NCBI RefSeq assembly: GCF_009914755.1
Contig: NC_060935.1
Strand: one strand, 5' to 3'
Origin: the human T2T-CHM13v2.0 reference genome, Homo sapiens
Length of the DNA: 64,000 nucleotides
The translations under genes were made by a program, and so were the position numbers. This document shows, piece by piece, positions 1-19,948 of the stretch. Numbering within the stretch: position 1 is the first letter of the stretch; every line of letters starts with the position of its first letter. The notes under the pieces are model-generated. The model was not told the DNA's origin. It saw only the letters and a program-made list of their open reading frames with translations, and ran no database searches.

Positions 1-168
<168 letters not shown>

Positions 169-814
169 TTAAAGAGAATTTGAGACACTGTTTTTTTCTA
201 AATGATAAATTGCCTCTTGAGCACAGAGCAAACTTTTGTGAAGGTAAAATGGTACCATGCATTGTCTTAAGATGCACTCCTTTATGGTCTTGACTCTGAT
301 GCCTTTGTTTCTAGGAAGACCTAAGAGGTTGGAACAAAGAACATGGTAGGATAACAAAATATTTTTTGTAGCCTCTGTAGTTCATCCAGCCAAACGTATG
401 TCTATTACTGAATATGAATAGATTGTACTTAATACTTGCCTCTAGCAGCAGCAGTTTTTAATCTTTTAAAAATTGGATTATACATTCATATAGTACAAAA
501 TTCAAAAGTTGTTAACAGTCAGAAGTCTTCCTCTCACTCAGCCATGCCAGTTTCTCATTTTGGAGACAACTAGTATTAACAGAGTTTTTTGTGTATCCTT
601 CTAAGGGGGATGGTCTGTGATATACAGATGAATAAAAAACATGTATACAGTGTGTCTATTTTTCCCCCTTTTATGCAAAGCAGTAAAACTAGACACGTCT
701 TCCAATTGCATTTTTCATTTAATTATTTTGGAGATAAGAATCTCCTTATTTGAAACTGCAGAGATATGACATCTAAATGCGCAATACCTTACCCTAGACT
801 GGATCCTCTACTAA

Positions 815-1755
815 TGTAGTGTAGAAAAAACAACTCAAACTGTTTGTTTTTTCTATTTTCTCATTCAACAGCAACAATGAACACAGAAGACTTCTGTGAT
901 CAAGTGTGTTTAGATTTTTCCGCACACATCAAGCGGTCACACCTAGCTGGTGTCCTCCAATTCAATTCAATTCTGATGCTATCTACCTGGGAATAGCCTC
1001 AGATTCTACAGGTTGAGAGTTCAGTCCCCCAAGACTGATTCTTCCTTCCCACCAGTCATAAGTCCAGACTTTCAGAACTTCTTACTGACCTCAAGTTTGG
1101 CCTCCCACGACCCCCTCTGGGGTGTTCAATTAATCTGCTAGAGCACCTCACAGAACTCAGGGAAACTTACTTGACATTTATCAGTTTGTTACAGAGGACA
1201 TTTTAAAGGATGCAAATAAGCAGCCAGATGAAGAGATACATAGGGCAAGGTCTGGGAGGGTCTTGAGCACAGGAGCTTCTGTCCCCAGGGAGCTGGGGTA
1301 CGCCACCCTCCTGGAAAATAGATGAGACCTTGTTCATCTTCCTGTAAGCCTGCATGTGTTCAGCTGTCCAGAAGCTTCCCAGACCCTGTCCTCTTGAGCC
1401 TTTTATGGAGACTTCATTGGATAGGCATGATTGACAGGCATGCAGAAATGTGACTGGGCAAGGGTATGACCTAATACTGATAGGCTGAGTGGGGAAACAC
1501 AGCAAGGCCTGTCCAAATTCTTGGCCTCTCTGTGCAGCATTAATCTTCCTCCAGGATATGGTGCAGGACCCCTTTTGGAGATCCTGCCTTGGGCTGGTGA
1601 AAGGAGGGCAGGAGAAGGTCAAAGAGAGATTCTTTTTTCTAAGGGCTGCTCCTGAGGCCTAAAGTGCCCCAACATTATGTATAATAAGGGATATGGGAGT
1701 TATGAGCTAGGAACCATGGATGAAAACCGGTATGTATGTATATCATAATATCACA
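815..1755 (-). mobile_element. MER21-like solo LTR
   Basis: Minus strand starts TGTGATATTATG and ends in CA; internal sequence resembles the recalled MER21 consensus; imperfect TSD actaa/actac; interrupts an L1M fragment. Confidence 0.7.
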
Positions 1756-1837
1756 ACTACTATTAAAAATATTATTAGGTCAACTGACGAAATTGACATA
1801 TGGTTGACAGATCGGATACAATTATTGTGTCATTGTT

Positions 1838-2312
<475 letters not shown>

Positions 2313-2319
2313 GCTAAAA

Positions 2320-2640
2320 AAACTATCAGTGTAAATTTGTGAAGTTAATAATGGTACTGTGATTGATTATGTAAGAGAATATCCCTAATCTTATAAAATA
2401 AGCACTGAAGTATTTAGGGGTAAAGTGCCGTGTTGTATATAATCTGCTTCTTAATGGTTCAGGGAAAAAAAATCAAATGTATAACATACATATATAATGT
2501 TTAGAGAGAGAGAAACACAAGTGCAAATTATAAAACAAATGAGGTAAATATTAACAATAGGTGAATCTGGAAAAGGGTATATATGTCTTCCTTGTATAAT
2601 TTTAATTTTTTTAAGCTTGAAAATACTTACAAATAGAAAG
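2320..2640 (+). mobile_element. Old L1M 3' end fragment (continues the 760-812 and 1756-1837 pieces)
   Basis: Resembles L1MC/ME 3'UTR motifs (cactgaagtatttaggggtaaag, ggtgaatctgg..aagggtat). Confidence 0.6.
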
Positions 2641-2699
2641 TTTTTTCAGTTGTTTGTTTTCTCACCATTGCCTACTATTCATTCGGGTGGATATGCCTT

Positions 2700-3612
<913 letters not shown>

Positions 3613-3615
3613 TAG

Positions 3616-3781
3616 TGTACATATGAAGATTGAAGAAAAGATAACATTAACCTGTGGACGAGACGGAGGATTACAGAATATGGAGTTGCATGGCATGATC
3701 ATGCTTAGGATCTCAGATGACAAGTATGGCCGAATTCGTCTTCATGTGGAAAATGAAGATAAGAAAGGGGTGCAGCTACAG
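3616..3781 (+). CDS. ARCN1: ARCN1 (coatomer delta) internal coding exon, fifth from last
   Basis: tttatag|TGTAC...CTACAG|gtgtgt; encodes [55 protein letters not shown] (delta-COP mu-homology domain). Confidence 0.97.
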
Positions 3782-4146
3782 GTGTGTAGAAGCTTTTGAT
3801 AGGGAGTATTAACACTTTGTCTACCTATTATAGTCTTTCTCAACTAGAGTTCCCAATATGAACCACAGAAAATTACTTAAGTTATATAACTAGCATCACT
3901 CTAAACGCTTAGGAAAGAAGTTAATATATTGCATACAGTAGCTACCTGAGAGTGAGTAAAGCAGCTGTGTAAGGATGGCTTTTAAATATTGGAATTGAAT
4001 AAAAGGTCATTTCGAAATCTAATAAATGACTTCATACTCACCAATAAAAGGTACAAGGAGGTGTTTGTCTTTTGCTGTTATGAAAACAGTAAATTAATCA
4101 CTTAGGATCTTGCTTGAAATACAGTTTTAAAAAAACAAGGCTTTAG

Positions 4147-4310
4147 GCCAAGTGTGGTGGCTCATGCCTATAATACCAGCACTCTGAGAGGCTGAGGCTG
4201 AAGGATCGCTTGAGCCCAGGAGTTCAAGAACAGCCTGAGCAATGAGGGCTGAGCAACAAGACCCTATCTCTACAAAAACTTAAAAAATTAGCCAGGCGTG
4301 GTGGCACAAT
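4147..4310 (+). mobile_element. Partial AluJ (left arm)
   Basis: ggccaagtgtggtggctcatgcc...aaaaattagccaggcgtggtggc. Confidence 0.85.
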
Positions 4311-4651
4311 GCGAAATTTACTCATTCTGCTATTAAATAAACTGCCAGTGCTTGTTTTGTTAACTGAAGGGCAGTATCTAATGGTGTATTTGAAAAGTAC
4401 ATAAAATCCTTTCAATATAAGTGTGTGTGTTCCAACTATTGGATAGATATATATAAGCCCTGCTTTATGTTACAGGTGTTCTTGTAATTTCATTTCATTT
4501 AGCCGACATCTCGTCACAAGAACAAAGCCTTTTTACGGAAGAGTGTTTTTGTCTACTTTCCCCACCGTAGTCAGCACAGAATTGTCTTTTGGAAGCAGTG
4601 CTTATATTATTTGACATTTTTGCTGGCTTGTAAAGTGCTATCCAAAAGTGA

Positions 4652-5496
<845 letters not shown>

Positions 5497-5983
5497 TAAT
5501 TGGCTTGGATTTTAACAACTTTAAGTCTCTAGGCAAAATTGCAACTAGACTTTACACAGAGCTTGCCCTTTTCTGCTACTTTATATAAGGCCAGAACTGC
5601 TGTCTGACCCAGGCAGCTGATCAGGGTCTTACTGGAGCCTTCTGCTTGGCAAACCTGGCCCCACCATGAACCTGCTCCCTGTGAAGTATTTTTGGAAAGA
5701 ACTTGGTTAATAGTCTTTTAACTTTTTCAGGTGCAAACTTGTTCTGTAATGGCTTTTAGAGTTGAAATTAGCTTTTTTTTTAAAAAATTACTAGTTTTTA
5801 AGTATCTTAAATCATTTTAAAATAAGTCTTTGAAGAAGGGAAATCTTTCTTCAAAATGAAAAAGAATTGGAATTTGTTAGGTACTCTATTTTGGATGTTT
5901 AGATTGTGGGCCATATAAGCCTAGTGAGGGGTTGTTTCTCGTCTATCTGAACCTCAGGAGTTTTCCTTTCCCTCTCATTCTAG

Positions 5984-6131
5984 ACCCATCCAAATGTGGA
6001 TAAAAAACTTTTCACTGCAGAGTCTCTAATTGGCCTGAAGAATCCAGAGAAGTCATTTCCAGTCAACAGTGACGTAGGGGTGCTAAAGTGGAGACTACAA
6101 ACCACAGAGGAATCTTTTATTCCACTGACAA
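5984..6131 (+). CDS. ARCN1: ARCN1 coding exon
   Basis: ttctag|ACCCAT...GACAA|gtaagt; THPNVDKKLFTAESLIGLKNPEKSFPVNSDVGVLKWRLQTTEESFIPLT; phase 0 to 1. Confidence 0.97.
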
Positions 6132-6323
6132 GTAAGTGCCTCTGGCCAGTCCCACTAAGCTAGTTTGCATTGAGAACTAGAAATAGCCCTTGCTGGTACA
6201 CTTTTATTTTTATTACCATAGCAAAGTTCTTTCTGACAAAATGACTTTCTTTTGAAATGGACCTGGTGCTGCATTTTGTATATTTTTATCATTAGTTTTC
6301 ATTTTTAATAGCTTTCATTTTGA

Positions 6324-6820
<497 letters not shown>

Positions 6821-6864
6821 TCTTTTTCTAATATTCTAGTATGACTGCTTTGCTTTCTCCTCAG

Positions 6865-6973
6865 TTAATTGCTGGCCCTCGGAGAGTGGAAATGGCTGTG
6901 ATGTCAACATAGAATATGAGCTACAAGAAGATAATTTAGAACTGAATGATGTGGTTATCACCATCCCACTCCC
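6865..6973 (+). CDS. ARCN1: ARCN1 coding exon
   Basis: cctcag|TTAATT...CTCCC|gtaagt; (I)[35 protein letters not shown](P); phase 1 to 2. Confidence 0.97.
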
Positions 6974-7094
6974 GTAAGTGCTGTCCCTGTGTCCTCTACG
7001 GTGGACTTAGAGAACTGGTCTTTTGGAACTCATTTTGGAGTCAGCACCTACCTGACCTGACTGTCCATTCAAAGATACTTCTTTAAAAAGCTAG

Positions 7095-7770
7095 TTGTGA
7101 AAGAAGCCAGATACAAAAGGCTGCATGTTATGTGATTCCACTTCTTTGTCTTTCTGGAAAAGGTAATACTATTGAATAAAAATGAGGAGGTAGAGAAGAA
7201 GGTACTTCACTTCAGAGGGGCACAAGGGAACTTTTGGGAATGATAGGAATGTTCTAGGACTTGTGTTTGCTTTGGCAGCACAGGTACTAAAATTGGAACC
7301 ATACAGAGAAGATTAGCATGGGCCCTGTGCAAGGCTGACATGTAAGTTATGAAACATTTCATATTTATAAATAAGTAAAGCAAGGAAATTGTTTTTTTGA
7401 GACAGAGTCTCACTCTGTCACTGGAGGTCACTGGCACGATCTCAGCTCACTGCACCCTCCACCTCCCAGGCCCAGGCTATCCTCCTGCCTCACCCTCCCG
7501 AGTAGCTGGGACTACAGGCGCACACCACCACGCTTGGCTAATTTTTGTATTATTTGTAGGGACGGAGTTTTGCTGTGTTGTGCAGGCTGATCTCAAACTC
7601 CTGAGCTCAAGTGATCTGCCCGCCTCGGCCTCCCAAAGTGCTGGGATTATAAGCGTGAGCCACCACACCCAGCCAAGAATTGCTCTGTGACTTGATTGTG
7701 GTGGTGCTTACTGCATACACTTGTTGAAATACATTGAGCACTTGGAAGGGATGGATTTTACTGACTTTAA
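7095..7770 (+). mobile_element. L1M 3' fragment hosting the U6 retrocopy and an antisense Alu (7391-7675)
   Basis: L1M 3'UTR-like motifs on both sides of the insertions (gaaagaagccagatacaaaag..gattcca; gattgtggtggtg..). Confidence 0.65.
7263..7366 (+). pseudogene. U6 snRNA retropseudogene (possibly RNU6-1157P; symbol not verified)
   Basis: Full-length diverged match to U6 (gtgtttgctttggcagcaca..tactaaaattggaaccatacagagaagattagcatgg..catattt) with CpG decay; ACAGAGA box intact; A-rich tail; no U6 promoter recognised upstream. Confidence 0.93.
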
Positions 7771-7807
7771 AACCAAATTGAACAAGCCAGTTGTAGATCT
7801 GGAGCTG

Positions 7808-8425
<618 letters not shown>

Positions 8426-9005
8426 TGGAGCTGTTTTTAGATGTTGGTCCTCAGCTTGTTTGTGTAGTAATGAAGATTTCCAGAAGGAGGAGCCATTTGT
8501 CAGTCAAACTTTCTGTTTTGCAGGTTTCAAAGAAATTGAGTCTATCGGGCTGAATGTTTCATTTTCACGTGCTAGTCTCTAAACTTTCACTAAAGATGAG
8601 AGTGTGTTCAAGGGAACTGTTGATTCTTGTTGAACAAGATGTCTACATTAGTTACAGTAAATTTCCTAACAGCCCTTTTGGAGCATAATTTATATACAAT
8701 AAACTACACATATTTTAATTGTATAATCTTGACATGTTTACACTTGTGAAACCACCACCATAATCAAGATAACAAAAATGTCATGTCAACCCCAGAAGTT
8801 GAGTTCCAATAAGCTTTTGTTGTACACTTAAATGGCCCACTATCTAGGATCAACTGGAAATGGTCTCTACCTTATCTTTTTAGTAACATTTACAGTGAGC
8901 ATGCAGTTATTACTTCACAGTAAATCCTAGCTCCTTTCACCTACCCATCAGCCCTCATGATTAAGCACAATGTTTAATTATGAGCACCAGTAAGTGTATT
9001 CTTAG

Positions 9006-9368
<363 letters not shown>

Positions 9369-10202
9369 TCATAGTTTTCTTCCCTTTTTGATAATTCAAG
9401 CCTTTACATTATCAGGTCTGGTTTTAGTCATTCTTGTTTCCAATTTTAAAAATATACTTTATTACCAGTATCCGCTTTAATGGGTAACCATCTTATCCTC
9501 TACAGTATGGTTATTGCTTCAGAACAATAGATGGCTGCCTTGAACTGTTGTAGGACTTGGGTGTTGGTGACAGGTAGAGTTTTGTTTGTCAAGATTTAGT
9601 TTACTAGACTATTTATAGAATGCTACAATTTTGAGGCCTGTCTACCCTATAATTGTGGTTGTGGTGGTTTCCTGTATTCTAGTTCAGTTTTGCAATGGTC
9701 TCCAGAAGAGACCCTTACACAACATTTTACTCCCGTTGTCTAGAACTGATCAAATTAGAAGAGATCAGAATCAGAATTAGAGCAAGGGCACAGAGAAGGA
9801 ACATAAAAGAACCAGGACCCTGAAATTGATAGGGAAGAGTTAATAGTCTTATGCCACCCTTAAAGTTTACTTTGTCTCCCTTATTTACCCTATCCCTAAT
9901 ATAAACATTGAGTGTCACTGGTGAATTAAAAGCTGGTAAATTTAGAATGTGTAGGAGTAGGTGACACTGCCTGTCAGCCGTGTGTAGGGGTGCAGAGTAA
10001 ATCTTAACTAGCCCTGCTTCTCTCGCAGATTAAGGACAACTACGGATCTGTTTCTCCCATCATGTTTCCATTTTGCCCCAGGGGTAATTGTGCTTTCACT
10101 TATCAAATAAAAGTCCATTTACTGGATTGTAAATCAAATAAACCCATTGGTGTCAACTTCAATAAGTTTGAAACATTCTGAAATCTTTAAAAACAAATTC
10201 TC

Positions 10203-10525
<323 letters not shown>

Positions 10526-10985
10526 TCATCTCCACTATTGATGTTTAGAGTTTTCCCCCACTATTATCAATCTGCTTGTTTCCCCATTGTCTCCTACAAA
10601 GAGTGCTACATTATGTTAAAATTCCTTATTTATAGGGCAGCAACCTATTGGTGCAGGGTTTTTGGAAACATAGCCATCTTAACACATCTGTTGGTCGCAG
10701 TCCCCAGATCTAGTCCTTAAGTTGGAGCAGCCCATAGGCATATCTGCCAAATACCTATTTTTGCATATTAACTATATCTACAGAGGGAATTGAGTGAAAC
10801 TCTTAGCCCAAGGTGCTAGGACTTCATCGTTTGATCCTTGAAGTTATTAGAGAGCCTTTTTTTCCCCTGAAATTGTAGTCCTAGAAGGCAAAATTTGGGG
10901 ATCATATATCAAATTTGGGGTTGGTTTTCCGTGGTGGAGTTCTAGCTCTGAACAGCTACCTTGACCAGAATGTTTCTCACAACAG

Positions 10986-11190
10986 GTCTGGTGTCGGCGC
11001 GCCTGTTATCGGTGAGATCGATGGGGAGTATCGACATGACAGTCGACGAAATACCCTGGAGTGGTGCCTGCCTGTGATTGATGCCAAAAATAAGAGTGGC
11101 AGCCTGGAGTTTAGCATTGCTGGGCAGCCCAATGACTTCTTCCCTGTTCAAGTTTCCTTTGTCTCCAAGAAAAATTACTGTAACATACAG
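10986..11190 (+). CDS. ARCN1: ARCN1 penultimate exon
   Basis: aacag|GTCTGG...ATACAG|gtactc; SGVGAPVIGEIDGEYRHDSRRNTLEWCLPVIDAKNKSGSLEFSIAGQPNDFFPVQVSFVSKKNYCNIQ; phase 2 to 0. Confidence 0.97.
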
Positions 11191-11727
11191 GTACTCCATT
11201 TTAGTTGAGAACATATATAGGGAAAGTGGTAGGACAGTAGGAACACGTATAGGATGCCAGACAGGTAGCATGGCTTTTTGTGGTCAGATAAAGCTCAGAA
11301 AAAAACTGATGTCTCCTACAGGAATTCCCTTTCTAATTCATTGTATGATCGTGGTCAAATTCTTTTATTGCTTTACCTCAGTTTTCCTCTCTAGATCAGA
11401 CAAAGTAAAGAAATGGAATGTTAATACAGATAAAAGTACTTGTGGATTATGCAAGATTCATAAACACTTAGTTGCCTGTTTTTTTTTAACCTTATATATT
11501 TTAAAGTCGATTTGCCAAAACACCCCAACACATGGTTTTTTTAAGGCCTTGCTGTCACTTGATTTATACCCAAAGAATGAAATTGTTTTATTTAGAAGAC
11601 AAAATTACTACAAAAAAAAAATCCATTCTATTACAAATGGAAATTATTTGAGGGTTATTTATGTCACAGCTCCCTTTATTAGTACAAATAATCATGAGCC
11701 AATTCTGTTGCAAACTCTGTCCTTTAG

Positions 11728-13008
<1,281 letters not shown>

Positions 13009-13903
13009 GTTCTTCCAGTTTTTTAATTTGCATTACTAGGACCCAGTTTATATTATTAATATTCCCCTCTTTTTGACTTGCTTGTTGTTCTGGCCCTACC
13101 TTAGCTTCCCATATGGTCTCCGTCTCCCCTGTAAATGCTTAGAAAATTGCAGCTTCCTCCCTTGAATGATTCCAAAGAGCAGTTCTCTCTCCCTATCCTG
13201 TTAGTGACATAACCCCATCAGTGTTGGAAGCAACTGTATTGAACTCAAGACATTAGATAGAAATGGGTAAATTTTCCTATTGGGGCTATTCAAAGATTAG
13301 GACATTATAATTGCTCTCCCAAAACTTCATTAGAAAATACGAATCAGTGGTTCAAGTGTTGTATTGGTGCCGTTATAGGTACCATTGTTACATGTAATTA
13401 ATTAAGCTGGACATTTATTTATTTAAAAAGGAAAAACCTCATTGGACCAGCCATGCCTAAAAAATAAGTATGATAGAGCAGCTTACTGGGACTTTTAACA
13501 CGAGACTTTGAGAGCAGAGCAAATGAATAATGTGAAGAGCTAGAACGTTGCCTTTTGGGTCAGAATGTTAATATATCATCCTGATAGAATGTCTATGAAT
13601 TTCATAGGTTATACAGGGCAGGGCTGGGCTGTGGCCACTCATTTTGGAGCTTTTACTTAATACTACGGAACATCTCGTCCCAACAGTTGTCTTTTCTCCA
13701 TCTAGAAGAAAAGCAGCTTAATCATTTTGGTGGGGAAGAGTGATGCTGTGACTTTCAGTTGTGAATTGAACATTTTTCTAGTATTTTACAGTTACTTTTA
13801 ATACCGCTTTTAGGGAAATTGATATGTTCTGTAATGAGAATGTAGTCAACATGATGGAGACTCAAACCTCCTGCTTTACCTTACTCTTTGTTTATTTTCC
13901 TAG

Positions 13904-13993
13904 GTTACCAAAGTGACCCAGGTAGATGGAAACAGCCCCGTCAGGTTTTCCACAGAGACCACTTTCCTAGTGGATAAGTATGAAATTCTGTAA
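13904..13993 (+). CDS. ARCN1: ARCN1 last coding segment
   Basis: ttcctag|GTTACC; VTKVTQVDGNSPVRFSTETTFLVDKYEIL then TAA at 13991-13993. Confidence 0.97.
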   Translation, partial: VTKVTQVDGNSPVRFSTETTFLVDKYEIL

Positions 13994-14203
13994 TACCAAG
14001 AAGAGGGAGCTGAAAAGGAAAATTTTCAGATTAATAAAGAAGACGCCAATGATGGCTGAAGAGTTTTTCCCAGATTTACAAGCCACTGGAGACCCCTTTT
14101 TTCTGATACAATGCACGATTCTCTGCGCGCAAGGACCCTCGACTCACCCCCATGTTTCAGTGTCACAGAGACATTCTTTGATAAGGAAATGGCACAAACA
14201 TAA

Positions 14204-14656
<453 letters not shown>

Positions 14657-16182
14657 TAAATATAATCCCTAAATATAGTTATATTTCATACTTAGTTTGT
14701 TTTTAAAAAGTTTTCTCTGTAGAAAATTTTAATCATTCATACCCTTTACCTTTAGGTTTTTCTTTCTATACATTCAGTCAGGCACTGGGATCATCTGTTT
14801 ACAGGCATTATATTTATTTGGCACTCCTGGAACAAGTATATCTAACCCATTCTTGATTTTTGGACTATTCAGGTGAACTATTTGAGGGGTATGGGGTCTA
14901 GAAGTTAAAAGATACGCATGTCTTCTGTTCTTTTCCCGTATCAATTCATTCCTTCATCTCTTTGCCAAGTTGTTTTCCTTTCAGGGCCTGTCCTTCCAGT
15001 TTAGAACAGTACCATGAATCCCACTTGTGTCAATATTAAAGATAGCTGAGAAGCACCTTTCAAATGGCACAGTCCCTCTTCAAGATGTCTAAAAGAATGG
15101 TTATGTCTGTCCAGTTAGGGATTTCACATCCACATGTAATCATGTCTGCTGCTGTTGCTACCCAAATTTTCATTTCTCCACATTTTGGGTACTTAAGCTA
15201 AAACGTAATGGCCACAGTCTGTAATCCATTCACATTCCTCAGTTTCACCACCTCCCTCTTCCAGACTGCACTCTCTGTCATCAGTCCCCTCCTTTCTAAC
15301 AGAAATGGGGTTATGATTTTGAAGGCTGTGGGTTCAGGGAGTCTTTGCCAATCCTGTTGGCCCTAAACTATCAAGGAGGCTCCATTTCACCATTTGATTT
15401 TTTGCATTTCAGGAGGCAACTGATTGTTTCGATATGTACATATTACTCACGTATACCCCATTTCCTTCCAGTCAGCCCAACATTTTCCACCAGTCTGTCC
15501 CCATCTCTGAAATCCTTCCTTCTCTTTCCCCCTAAGTCTTTTGAGTGTCATCATGTACTGGTGGTTTCTCGGTTCCATCTCATCCATTTCCTTTTCAATG
15601 GAGACTACAGCGTCAGCCAGCTCAGCCTTGGCTTTTAACTCAATATTCCAGTCCATAGGGGTGGTTAAAAGTTGCTGCAAGGCTGCAGGCACTGGCAGTG
15701 GGAAGAGGCAGACGACTAGATGACTTCTGCACTTTTAGCTGGTTGAAAAGTACCACTCCCACTCTGAACATCTGGCCGTCCCTGCAAAGAGTGTACTGTG
15801 CTTGAAGCAGAGCACTCACACATAAATGGCTGTGTGTGGAATTGCTTGCCAAAGAAGTTTCTAGCCTTTCCCTTTCCCCTAACTGCATCAGGGAAGAATT
15901 CTTATCTCTAGCTTGGTTTCCACATGAGGTTTTTCTGAGAAGGGCTTGGGACAAGAAGTCTGTCATGTTAGTTAAGCAGGCAAGAAATCCTACTAATCCA
16001 GTTTTGTTTGAAAGTTGTTTGTCCGTATGATTTTTTAAAAGTCAAGTTTAATTTCAAAAAACCTTTTTTTTCTGAGATTACTTTTGGGGTAATATTTAAA
16101 ATGAGAGACATTTTGTAACCCTGTAAAATACATAGGGAATATAACATTCCAGTGTATACAAAGAAGGCAAATTCTTTAATCA

Positions 16183-16188
16183 AATAAA
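16183..16188 (+). terminator. ARCN1: ARCN1 polyadenylation signal
   Basis: AATAAA with upstream TGTA motifs and downstream GT/T-rich sequence (gatgtttatt...tttggtgtctg). Confidence 0.85.
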
Positions 16189-16628
16189 GCGCATTATAAA
16201 ATGAGATGTTTATTGGATTATTGACTCACTTTGGTGTCTGCTTGTTGATTCAGGATGCTGTAATGGGACCTAACATTAAAAATTAATGACATGTTTTTTT
16301 TAAGAGAAAGTAATCTGTGAGAGTATTCATTGCCTTTTTCCATCTTATATGTATTGTGCTTCCTTGCGTATTTTTCTACATTTGATACATGCACTCCTGA
16401 CAGTGTAGCTTTTGAATTTGATGCTACTTCTGGCCTTTTTGGGGATTGGAGTCTTAATTTTGTCAGACGGCAGTTGGAGAGTCAAAAAAGTCAGGCTTCA
16501 TCTTTAATCTTGGAGTCTTGGAGTCTTCTCTTCCCCATTAGACCGTGATGAGAAGTGATCCAGGGATGAGGGATAATGGGAACAATTTTTGGGAACTGTT
16601 GATAATTCCCTCAGATAAACCTGCTTAC

Positions 16629-17206
<578 letters not shown>

Positions 17207-19599
17207 AGAGCTGCTTACTTTCTTATGCTTTTTTAAAATTTAACTTGGAAAAACTATTGGGTGTCAAAAAATTGGAAGGCAAATTATTCTCACTTATTAA
17301 GTATCTGGGATGAGAAATTTCTAATGTTGAAAGCCAAGATTCTGATTTTTTTTTTCTTGGTGAAAAAAAGTATCTGGTCTAATGTTGCTCAAGTGTGGCT
17401 TAGCTGTCTGAGACTGTAGCCTTAATCGAATGAAATGATTAAGGTCTGTCATTCCTTTACTCACCATAGCTTCAAATTTGTCAACCCATGCATCTCTGAT
17501 GGGAAACTTTGCCCTCCAATTAATTTTTAAATTGTGAACAGTTTTAAAGTTGTTCACACTGGCTAGGGTCTGAGATTTCCAGGGTTGATATAGAATAGCT
17601 TTTTATTAAACTTCACATCTGACAGGGCTTATTGGAAGGAGACAGGAGAAAAATGGAAAAAGTCATCCTCAAGAAGATTAAAGTCTAACTGGAAGCAATG
17701 ACTATCTGCTTGTGAAGCCTTTTTTTTTCCAAGTTAGACAAGTGTTAACTACAGCTAGTACTAAACATGGATCTATATGAGAGTAGGTAACATGGCTTCT
17801 GTCTTGTAGGCTCTAGAGGAATCTCAAGCAAAACCTCACAAATGATTTTCTTTTGCTATGCACATCTGTCTTATTACAACCCCCTTACCCCCAATTCCCT
17901 TGTCCTAGAAGATCCACAAGTAGGTTGGTTGCTGTGCATTGCTGTTACCCAAGGGCAGACAGCAACACTACAAATAGCTGCCTTAACGTCTTATCCTGGG
18001 GAGTTGGGGATTGATACGGAGGTAGGCCTTTAGAAAAATTAGACTATCTTTCCAAACCAGGCTGTTTTCCCTCTCACAATCACAAGTCAAGCTATTAGGC
18101 AGTTTTCAGAAGCTTGGACCACTTCTCCCATCCCCCACCGCAGTTTTTTTGCCCTGCTGTTCTTAGGGCAGGGGCTAAGTGGTTATTTAGGGTCTAAACC
18201 AATACTGGAAAGCTTCCCTAGGTTTACTCTGGGTGATCAGATTGATTACCAAACCAGGACAGGGGCTGTTTGAAAGAAGCATTAGAAATTCAAGACAATG
18301 AGAGAAATTGAAATAGGTCTTGTCTCCCATTCTTTTGCCCAAATGAATGCTTGTTCTTTTAGCTCATTAGGAAAGCCCTTAGCCTTGGAGGTACACAAGA
18401 CCAGTCTTCTGTCCTACCCAAATTTCCCACTTAGCTTGGATGCATGTTAGCTTTGGGTCGAAGCAGACTATGCAATTTCTAAGACAGCTGAAAAGAGAGC
18501 TTTGAACTTTTCCCCAAGTTGCTGCAGGGTCATTGCTACCACCACGCCTACACCAATGATGCCTGACTTCAGGATCCAGAGGCCAGAAACGGACAGCTTT
18601 CTGGAAGAGGGTGTGTATCTACAAGGATTGCTTGCTGTATGAGCAATAATCACCTCTCTGGGGCTAGAGGGAGTACAATTTGAGAGGTGGGACAAAGTGG
18701 GGAATGTGCCAAGGCAAAAGCAGGAGTATGGAAATTCACTCCTGACACTTGTAGCCAATGCAAAGGGCCTTAGAAAAATCCACTCTTCCTTCCACACCCA
18801 GGCTTTGCCCTCTCCCCCTGCTTCCACTTCGGAAAGTCTGAAGCAGGCCTGGAAAGCTGTTTTCTGCTTTCTTTCCCTCTCTTCCTCCCCCTTTCCTGAG
18901 CTCCCAGCTGCTCGACCTCTTGCGTAACTGTGAGAGAGCGCTGAGTTTTTTGATGGGCTCCAGATGTGGAGCAGGGCGGAGATGGAGAGTGGGGGCGGTA
19001 GGTCTTTAGTCCCCTGAGTGCTCTAACTGTGGGAACATAGAGGCCTGACACAGCAGGGGAGAGGACACATTGCACAGCGCCTTTATCATAGGGTCAGCTG
19101 GTCCCTGTGTTGGGAGGTCAGTGAGAGAAGTTGGGTGCTGTTTCGACCCTCTGCCTCAGCATCCACTGCCTCCATGGCAGGCTTGATTATTCCCTGAAAT
19201 TCCTCCTGCCCAGTACAGTAAAGAGGAGCTGGGGGCCGTGAAACAGAATGAAGTGAAAAGCCTCTGAGGTACTGCAATCTGGACCCCTCCCCTCAGTGCT
19301 GGGTCTTGGCACATGGGATACAACAGTTTGGGTTTTTTCCTTCTTCCTTTTTTTACATACCCAAATAGCCTGAATATTACTGTTGTGATCTGCCTCATGA
19401 AGGTTCATCAGAATTACTTTCATGACTTCAAACAGTATGAAGAGAGGAAAAACTAGAGTCTCGCTCCTCAAATCCTAGGACTTCCTGGTACCCACAGCAT
19501 ATTCTGGATCTTGAGTGTTCCACCTCCATTAGCTATAGCAGGTGGCAGCAAAGGGCGGCCTCTCCCCTCCCCCTCCTTGTCTGCTGCTTGGCCCCGGTC

Positions 19600-19948
19600 A
19601 GCTTCAGTCTCCAGCCGTGGGGGGTCCCCTGCTAAGGCCAGCCCTGTCAATGAGTGACCAGAGATTCCTGTAGTTCAGCCTCCTGCTGTTCCTGGGTTAG
19701 GGAGAGACGGCACAAACTAAACTCATTGAATTAGAACAGCACTTGTCCATCTCAAAGAGGATAAATTATTTTTTGCTATCCACCCCAGCTGGAATTTAGA
19801 CCAGACTTACAGGCTTTCTGCTCCTTCCTTCAGTGAAGAAGAGTCTCCAGGGTCCCTCTAGTGCAGGTCAAAGAAGTCCAGTCCAGCTGAGTTCAGCTCC
19901 CTAGGGCCTCCCCAGCCAGTCTCCTGGGCCAAGAGCTGGCTTTGCAAG
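19600..19948 (+). other. PHLDB1: Candidate upstream non-coding first exon of PHLDB1 (start approximate)
   Basis: Strong donor CAAG|gtaagg at 19949; GC-box-like sequence at 19550-19575. Confidence 0.45.

Noticed and set aside
7263-7366. Functional U6 gene
   Set aside because: Many substitutions, an A-rich tail, insertion in L1 and no PSE/TATA promoter recognised
15447-15692. Antisense ORF in the ARCN1 3'UTR with a helical-looking peptide
   Set aside because: Short, no recognisable family, no supporting promoter or splice signals
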